Below, piece by piece: positions 51,801 to 60,800 of a stretch of 64,000 nucleotides of DNA. Position 1 is the stretch's first letter; each line of letters begins with the position of its first letter. Made by a program: the position numbers and the translations under genes. The DNA lies in assembly GCA_051362555.1 (NCBI GenBank), contig CM120646.1:21080001-21144000 (forward strand), written 5' to 3'. Below the pieces are notes generated by a model that saw only the letters and a list, made by a program, of their open reading frames with translations, made no database searches and was not told the DNA's origin. The DNA is from Lingula anatina (lineage: Eukaryota; Animalia; Brachiopoda).

Positions 51801-54800
51801 TACAAATATGAAGAACTCAAACCGCCAAATGTATCTTTCTAGAGGAATTTTCTTTACTTCCCCATAGTTCTGTTACATTGAATGTGTGCCTTATGTGTAT
51901 TTAAATGACTTGTGTTACTTTCAATACTAATTAGTTAAACTAAAATACTCATACCTTGTATTTTTGTGATACTTAGATTAGCTATTTACTAACATATTAA
52001 CGTAAAACATTCCACCAAAAAAATAAATATTAATTTGAGTATACACATAAAACGTCAACTGTTATCATTATTTAAGACATATTATTTCGCTTGTTTTGAC
52101 CAGAATTAAGTAAAAGAACACATGCACAGTCCGAGATTAGTCTAGAGATACATATTAATTTGAAGATTACACGCACACACACACACATACACACACACAC
52201 ACACATGGATAATTTTCATCATAGCAAGTGACACGTCTTGCCGTCAATAACATCCTACACCTGTACTTGTAGGGTGAGCGTGGTCCAGTCGGTCCATCCG
52301 GGCCTTCAGGTCCTCCAGGAGCAACTGTAAGTATAAACTAGTTCTTTACTATTATATTCTTGACTCTTGTAAATAATTAACTTCGGAAAGTGTGCTGTTT
52401 CGTGTTTGGAAATTTCGTGTTTGTACCAGCTATTTCAAATAAAAGTTTGCCCAGGAATCGTGTTAGTTTCTTACATTACAAAATCCTGTATATGTAAAAA
52501 GTTGGAATGATCTACGAGTCGTGTATGAATACGAATATGGAATAATATTTGTTGGTACGGATAGATAAAATAGATTAATCTAAATACCTCAACATCACCT
52601 TTATGCTTCCAGGGCGCCCAAGGCCTTCAAGGTGTTAAGGGAGATCGTGGAGCCGATGGAAAGAAGGTATAATGATTCTCCCTTGTCCTTAAATTAAATA
52701 AACGGTTAACATAGTATATATCTGCTTTAAAAAAAGTACACCGACGATCACACCAAATCCTATACCGCCAAATTATAATATAGCCCAGATGGCCTGACAA
52801 AATATACGCCAATAAAATGTCAAAATCATAGCTCCAAACCTAACTGTTACTCTCGTTCCCCAGGGTGACAAGGGTTTCACCGGTCTCCCAGGTCTTCAGG
52901 GAAGTCCAGGCCCACAGGGTCCATCAGGAGAGATGGGTCCAGCTGGATCTAACGGAGCACCAGGACCAAGGGTAAGTGCCGGAAGTGCTTGAAGCACTCT
53001 GGGTAAAATTATTTGGTGGGTTTCAGACGGATCTGTTGTTTCGTAAACTCGTTGAACATTCTGATAGAAACTCGTAACTTATCGTGTGTCAAATGTTTGG
53101 TTTTTGAAGCAGGTAAAGCAAGATTTGAAGAAGACTCTGTTTAGGTTAAATAAAAACATAAAAATGATGTCAGATTTTGGTTTACTTTTTCTTTTTAAAG
53201 TGCCTTAGTTTAATAGAGAATGAAGTATTATTCATTTGCATGCAGTACGTTTGGTATCTTAACATAAAAAACGTACCCCAATCAACAGTAATTCAGACCT
53301 GTTTTTCGATTCATTCTTAAATTTGCTTTGTTTACGAGATAATGATAGAGACATATTTATAAACGCAATATTTGTATGATATAATTTTATTTTCTCTTAT
53401 GACAAAGCAATAATAAAACCTTACTTTACAGCAAGACCAACATCAGGAAAAGGATGAATCTCCACAAAGGACCCACGAAGAACAATGCTTGTTTGTTTTA
53501 TATTGATGAAAGATCAAAGGGACGAATTTCCGAAGTTTATTAAAAGCTTCAAGTAAATCAAGTTTAATGTAGAAAATTGTTAAATACTACACATGCAAAA
53601 TGACTTGTTCAAATTGGTTTCAGGACGTTACACGTAGTTCCTTGAGGTGAAATGAAATGATCGATATCTCATCCATAATTTGTGTTTTTCTCAAAGGGTG
53701 AACGCGGTTATCCCGGTAAGATGGGTGCAACGGGACAAATGGGACAACCTGGTCCCCGTGGGCCTACCGTAAGTGACCTCAAGATGGCCTTAATGGCCAA
53801 GGGGTAGCCAGAAGGGCAATGGTTACCACCCATAACAATGACAACTTCAACATTACACACTAAGTTAAGGTACAAAGAAAGGTTGACGGAGACTGCCATT
53901 TCGTTCCAAGACCCACATTTTCTAAATAAATTTAGCCATTGGAATCTGTTTCGTGTACAAAATGGTTCCTAGGTTAGGAAAACTGAGACTCCTCCCTCAA
54001 CCATTCTTTGTGCCATAACGGACACATTATATAAATGTTAAATGTCAGACTTTTCTGTACGTGTACAATTTTTATTGGTAAAAGGGCGAACGAGGAAGTC
54101 CAGGTAGACCAGGCAAAGATGGCTCCCAAGGGCCAATGGGTCCGCCGGGCCCGTCGGTAAGGAAATGGCTTGTAGCGTGAACCCAGGGTAGCTCTAAGTT
54201 GCCGGGAATGGGTGCGCATGCCCGCTGCACGTGATGGTGACTTTACTGTCACGTGTAGCTTTTTTATCTTGCTTTTCCCAAAGCTTGCTATACTTCTTCT
54301 TCTTTCAAATAAAAGGGTGAGCGCGGTCCAGCTGGTCCTCCCGGAAAGGACGGTGCGCAGGGCCCAATGGGTGCCCCAGGAATGAGGGTGAGCGACATCA
54401 CTGCACTCTCGTCTCTACGGGATTTAACTCACCTTTTGTCAAATGAGATTTCATAAACCTCTAGTCACAATGAGAGTTATTGAACTTTTAGTCACAATGA
54501 GATTGAAATAAACTCTAGTCACATTGAGATCTAACGAGTTTCTTGGCACAATGGAATTTAATGAACCTCTCAGCACAATCAGTTTTACCTCACCACTTGT
54601 CTAATAAAATTCAATGAACCTTCTGGCACAATGCGACACTTCTCTTTCGGCACAATGTACTTTTTCCTAATTCAATTCACTTTGCAACTTAAAATGAAGT
54701 ATTTAATTTATCCACTACACCTTAAATGTGTAAAAGATCATATTCACATTAACCTCGAAAATAAAGGCCATAGTTTCTCAAAACGGATAGACAGTATGGA

Positions 54801-57800
54801 CATTTGGAATCAAAGTGGCCAAACTCGACAGCGGCACAGCACCCTTTATTTAACATTCTTATCTTACCTAACACTCGCATTTCTCTCTATCTCTCAGCGG
54901 ATGTGTGAAACCAGGGAAGATGCATTTGCAATTCCCGAAAATGAAGAAAACCGCTTTTTTCTTTAAACAAAGCACTGCACCCTCCTAAGCACCAGCACGT
55001 CGACTGCAGGGGAATAATGACAGCTATGAGAAAATCACACGTGCTTGAAACAATTTGTTGTCTTGTTGTACGTCAGCACTGTGTACTTTTACATGCTGTC
55101 TATTATTACCCTAACGGTTGACACGGTAAGTATTGCAATGGTTCTAAAACTAGCTGCTGGACGTTTTGATAGCAGTACTTTTAGCACCATTCCGGGCACA
55201 TTTGTCACCACTTATCAAAACACGGTTTCGGAAGGGTATGAACTTGTATGTCCTCCACTGACAGGGAAGCTTGAAAGGTGATAGTTTTGGAGAACCATCG
55301 ATTTCCGAGTCTCATTTTGATCCAATCACATCGTCGCATGTTATTCATCACGTGATTCCTTGAGAAAATCATATTGACCAAGCACATCCCTATCAGTGGA
55401 CCGCCTTACAGAGGCAGACCCTATCCAATACGAATTCATGTGTTACACATTACTTAAGTTGCACTTAACACGGTAAATCATCGCCTTGCCCATCTTATCT
55501 TTAACATTTGAAAAGATGCCACTGACAGTCACCGAGAACGGTTCAGACAGACGAGGATATCTCTTAGCTCAAAAGTTTGGCTCCATGGATAGAGATCCCG
55601 CCTCTCTCTTTCCGGGGGTTGTCTGTCACGTCACTTTCCAGTCTCTAAGTTTGGGTCTGATTGAAAAATTACTAAAATCGTGAGCTTGGCGACGATCCGC
55701 ACACATATTCATCACCATGCAGCCATTTTGCTGCGGGGTTACAATGATGACGGTAGCGCACCACACACCTCTTTTAACTTTCAACCACATATTATTTTAT
55801 TGTGCACTATTTGAATTCTTCGTTTATAAAATAGACTTTGTTATTAAAACAGAGTTAAAGATATCACTTTTTTTTGTGAAGTAAGAAGTTGTGTGCCTTG
55901 TATTTTGAAAAAACGTAATTTGCGCTTGGTTTCATCACTATTTCTGTAATCTAATTTAATTTAGGTTATATATTCATTCTTTTACTCCTTAACTTGACAG
56001 TTAAACTGCATCGCCTTGAAAATAAGTTCTCTTAGTAAATATACTTGGAATTGTTTTTCCTTATTTTTCTTTTCGAATATTTCAAAAATAACTCACATTA
56101 TTGATTCCTTGTTCAGGGTCCAAGAGGTATGTCTGGAGATGACGGCAGACCAGTAAGTAGACATTTTGTTGTTCCTGTCATATTTAAATATATTACACAT
56201 ACGAAAGAAGTAGTAGCAATTCTCAAAAAAAAAATTACATTGCTTTCGATGTTTGTGCATTTCAACACATTGGATAAAGCTAGAGATAATCTTATCCTCG
56301 TACATGTGGTACGCGCCAATACTGCAGTTCTGAAGAGAAGTATTTCAATATATTTCCATCAACAGGTAAAACCATGGTACAAAATGTGAACGTGGCGCGA
56401 TGCAGGCGTAAAGTGGATTTTTAAATAAAATTCCTTTTTAGATTCCAATCGTTTACATGCTTAATACATCTCTTTTGTTAATATCTTGTTTAGGGTCCAC
56501 CCGGTCCACCAGGTCCTCCCGTAAGTAATTTTTTTATTAAATAAGTTTTGCTTTGAAAACTGAATGCATAAGTAAGTCACATATGAGTAATCACAGATTT
56601 ATTATTGATTTATAAGCAAATAATGCTACTTAATATTATATATTTTTGACTTTTTCATTTGTTGTTTTCTCTTATTTTTTCAACGTTTAATGTACTTGCA
56701 GATTTGGAATTGTAATTCAAAGTTTTGGTGTTTATATTTTTTTGAAGGAAATTTTTAACAATGCATTTTATTTCAGACAGAAACGCATCCGTTCTTGTAA
56801 CTTTTCATCTTATTTCATCTTTATTTATCTATTTAAATATTTTGATGGGCGTTTTGCCATAATGTTCCTGATTATAATAGTTATCTTGGTGTGAGTCAAT
56901 CCATCATTTAAATGATATTTGATACAGCATTGCTTTATTCATTGATTAAGTCTTTATTTTGGGTAAATATGTTAAAAACTGTACATACTGTTAGCCAAAA
57001 TTTAATTGGTAGAATCCTCCTTTCATAAAAAAATGCGATAAAAACTTGACCTCTGTTAACTGTAAACCATATATGAACACATAGGGACCCCCAGGCTCGG
57101 CTGCCGCCGAAAGACCAATATACCCACCATTTTTCAACAGGCCTAAAGGTCCAGATCCGTACCTTGTAAGTAACTGATTGGTCGGAACTCGGGCAGATTT
57201 TTAGCCAGACATACATGTGGCCAGCGCTGTGTATTGTCTGCGACAAGCTCGCCTGCTACCAGAGCTATATATATGTGACTGACAACGTGTTTGTGGTCTC
57301 CTGCAAACCGGCTATCAAAGATCACCAAGAAAGCTGAAATATGAAGACCGCTTTTAAAAATTGCTGATGGCTGTGGTTTCTGAAATCTGAAGTATTAATT
57401 TCATGTGTTTCTTCACTTTCTCACTTTTTCTGCTAATATTTTGCAAAAAAAAAAAATACTACCTAGATTTTTCGAGGAGCCCCTTGGTGATCTCATCATT
57501 GGTATCCGGATTGATGGGAGTTCCCAGTGTTTGTTTGTTTGTACAGTAAATAAGTTGTTTTGTGTTTCCTCACCACCTCCAGGGATCTCCCGGTCCAGCG
57601 GCCGCCTACACGGCGCCGTTCTTTGCCAGGCCCAAGGGCCCCGACCCTTACCTCGTAAGTACCCCGGCTGAAGGTGAACCAGGCATCCCCGCCTCATGGC
57701 GGCAAAATACGCTTCCATCTTATGCACTTGCAATGACCTATATTTATCTTTATGCGCGCGTTTGGTTTTTCTTTTTTTATTATTTATTTAAAGCCATATT

Positions 57801-60800
57801 TGGCTGCTGCTGCTGCGGTTCAGTTTCAGGGACGAAAACGTGAAGAAATATGGCGTTGTGCGCGTGAAACAAGCCCCCCCCCCCCCCCCCCACCACCACC
57901 AAACACACACACCGTTATATCTTGTTGTCCATATGAGTGACAATAGGGTAAATCCGACTAAATCTAGTGTATTATAAATAACAACTTTATCGACAACTAT
58001 ATGCAGGGTCAGTCGGGATCACCGGCCGCTGTAGACTCAGTGCTATTTTCCGCTCTGGCTCGAAGAGGATCTTCTAGTAAAGGACCTCTAGTGAGTAGTG
58101 ACCGTATGATCACCGTGATTGCGATAAAACAGCATTGAAGATGACGGGCTGTTCACTTCCAATCTAAGTTTGCTTCATACCACAGTCACAGATGTTGATG
58201 TGATTGCAATTTCACTTGGTCTGTTTATGGGCGAGTCACACAATTTTGGTTTCTTTTATGTGTAAAACTGCGCATCATACCAGCGCATTACGGCTCTGCC
58301 TGGCAGCTATGAGCGCTGTTCACTCACTACTGCTTACACTAAGAACCACCGTTTGAATCCGTCACCAAGTACAGTATCGTCAAAAGTTATCGTTGCATCA
58401 AACTCAAACGCGGATTCACCGCGGTTGCAGTGCAATGATAAACCATGGCGATCTTGCAGAATGCACTATTCAGTCCATCAGGAGGAGAGGACACGACGAC
58501 ATTAAGAAGAGCCCCAGGCTTCACAGCCCACATTCACTTGAACCACAAAATGATTTGGCTGCATTCATGATTAATGATTGGCTTATATTTATTTTATTTC
58601 CTCACTCACGTGCTCAGGGTGCACCAGGCGCTGCCTCTAGTAATGATGGATTACTCATGTCTCTTATGGCGCGTCCCGCGTCTGGCGGAAAGGGTCAAGT
58701 CTACCTCGTGAGTAGAGAGGCGGTTTAAACCGCAGTAGGAATCCCCCTTCTGTCTCTCAACATCCCCTCCATATCGATATCAGCACCATTCTCCCCTCCT
58801 TCACTTACTATTGGAAGAAGAGAAAGAGAGCGATAGAACTCTCTGGATTAGACACCGCACCCTACCTACTGACGACCTTTTCCATCATTCCACACAAAGA
58901 TCTAGTAAATCTTGAACTTGCAGCACATAACTGACACGTTGTTGTCCTTTGCACCCGATTCCTTCTGTGCACCAAGCAGTCGTTTTAAACCCCTTATCGT
59001 TATTTCGAGTCATGCACTTTCTGTCAAAACTTACCCCTCAATCGACCAAGGTTCACTGCACCACCTCATATGTCGGTTTGCACCTTACAGCAAAGAGTAA
59101 CCAGTCCAATAGAAAGAGTATTGTTCTCGCACGCCCTCTGACTGGAAAAATTAACACTAGGAATCGCACTTTACTTGCCAAGACCAGAACACCTCACTCT
59201 CACAGTCGGGCAACTGGGAACCACCAATCTCAGAGTTCGGTACATGGTACTTGAAAGCACCAACGGCATACTCTCTGACACTGTAGTAGACGTACCAAAC
59301 CAACACCCACTGAACTAGAAGAGCACTCGTGATTGATGATTTCTTACAAACTTTTACTTAGCAGCACAATATTGCAGCGTTCTCTGTGAACACGGCGCGT
59401 TCGCACAGTCAATTTTGGCATGGCGCACTTCAGTACTTTGATTGACTTACTTGAAATAACCTTACGTTGGGTGAATTTGATTGACCAAAGCTCAGTGTCA
59501 AATAATTCACATTATCAAAATGGCGTTTTAAAGGTTATTTCGAAGTTTTGCACTATTTTCTTTAGCGCGGCGTTGCACACCTTCACCGTTTTACCGTTTA
59601 TATTGCACCTTCATTTACCAGGCCCACCTCACCAGCACCCTAGACCACACACCCCATCTGCACCTCCACTCCTTCACGCCCTGCATGTTTCAGTGTCTTG
59701 TTTTTTTTTTGTTTCTTTGATTATTTATTTGTTTGTGAGTGTAATTTGTTGTTTCTTTCCTTGGGTCTTCAGTCCTCTATTCTGTTGTTGTTTAATCCTA
59801 CCCTGCATGTGTGTATATTGATTAAGTTTTGTTAGTACATCTAGATTTGCATTACCTCTGTTCTACTTTTATAACTTTATTTATTTATTTGCTGTTGTTT
59901 GTTCTGTTTTGTTTTGTTTAGTTTTCGTAGTTGCATGGTTTGTTATACACGTCAGTAGATAGAATTCCCTTCAGTTTTGTTTAAATTCAATTTTTCGCAG
60001 CACTCTTTTAAACGCAAATTCACCGTTTTAACAGAATATTTAACTTGCACTGGCAAATGTTCCTAGTTAACAAATGTTCTATTTGCATTTCATTTGAAAT
60101 ATTGCCTACATGTTATTATTCAAGATTAACACTACTGTCAGTAATTGTAGAATGAAACTGGGATAAGAAATTAAATGCTAAAATGTTCATATCAGGAACA
60201 CTATTTACAATATTTCTGAAACGGAGAACCATTAAAATGTTACAATTTTTACAGATCATTATAATGTTGTAATTAATGGTAGTCCGTGAAACACCTTGCT
60301 TAATTATAATAATTTATGATAGTCCATGAAACACCTTGCTTAATTATAATAATTTATGAATTTTTCCCATCCGTAGAATGATGCTCCAGGAAAATTCTCA
60401 GGAGAGGTAAGTCGGAGTTCTGAAATCTGACCGCCTTTTAAATTGTAATCCTACAACATAATGTCCAACTAGCATCTGAAAGCGGCGTTAAAATGTTTTG
60501 GTTAATATTTAAGAAAGGAAAAAGAAGTAAATTAGGAAACAATATTTGGTCGAAGCGGCCATGGTCTAAAACAGTGCCTTAAAAGAAGTGACAACGCAAT
60601 ATTGGAATTGTCAAAAAGGTCCTAGATAATATCATGATATAGTTAACACACTGGTACGATCCTGGTTTGCTTCTTGCAGGAGAACGCTTTTGAGAGCCTC
60701 CAGTACCTCCAACAGGCCATCAACAAGATGAGGAAGCCAGACGGCACCAAGGAGAACCCCGCCAGAACCTGCAGAGATCTCGCTGCTGCCAACGACAAAC

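Noticed and set aside
57670-57693. In-frame GEPGIP after the exon 5b donor
   Set aside because: Only two triplets, acceptor phase wrong, no downstream donor; better explained as chance or as the selector sequence
41443-58707. Alternative model: one elongated helix using all duplicate exons
   Set aside because: Adds 52 triplets, breaks the 87/502/930 register, includes a Gly-broken exon and four consecutive telopeptides
59621-59680. Possible fifth telopeptide exon (GPPHQHP...)
   Set aside because: The AG overlaps the Gly codon (wrong phase), no KG motif, no donor; part of the CAC-rich tract
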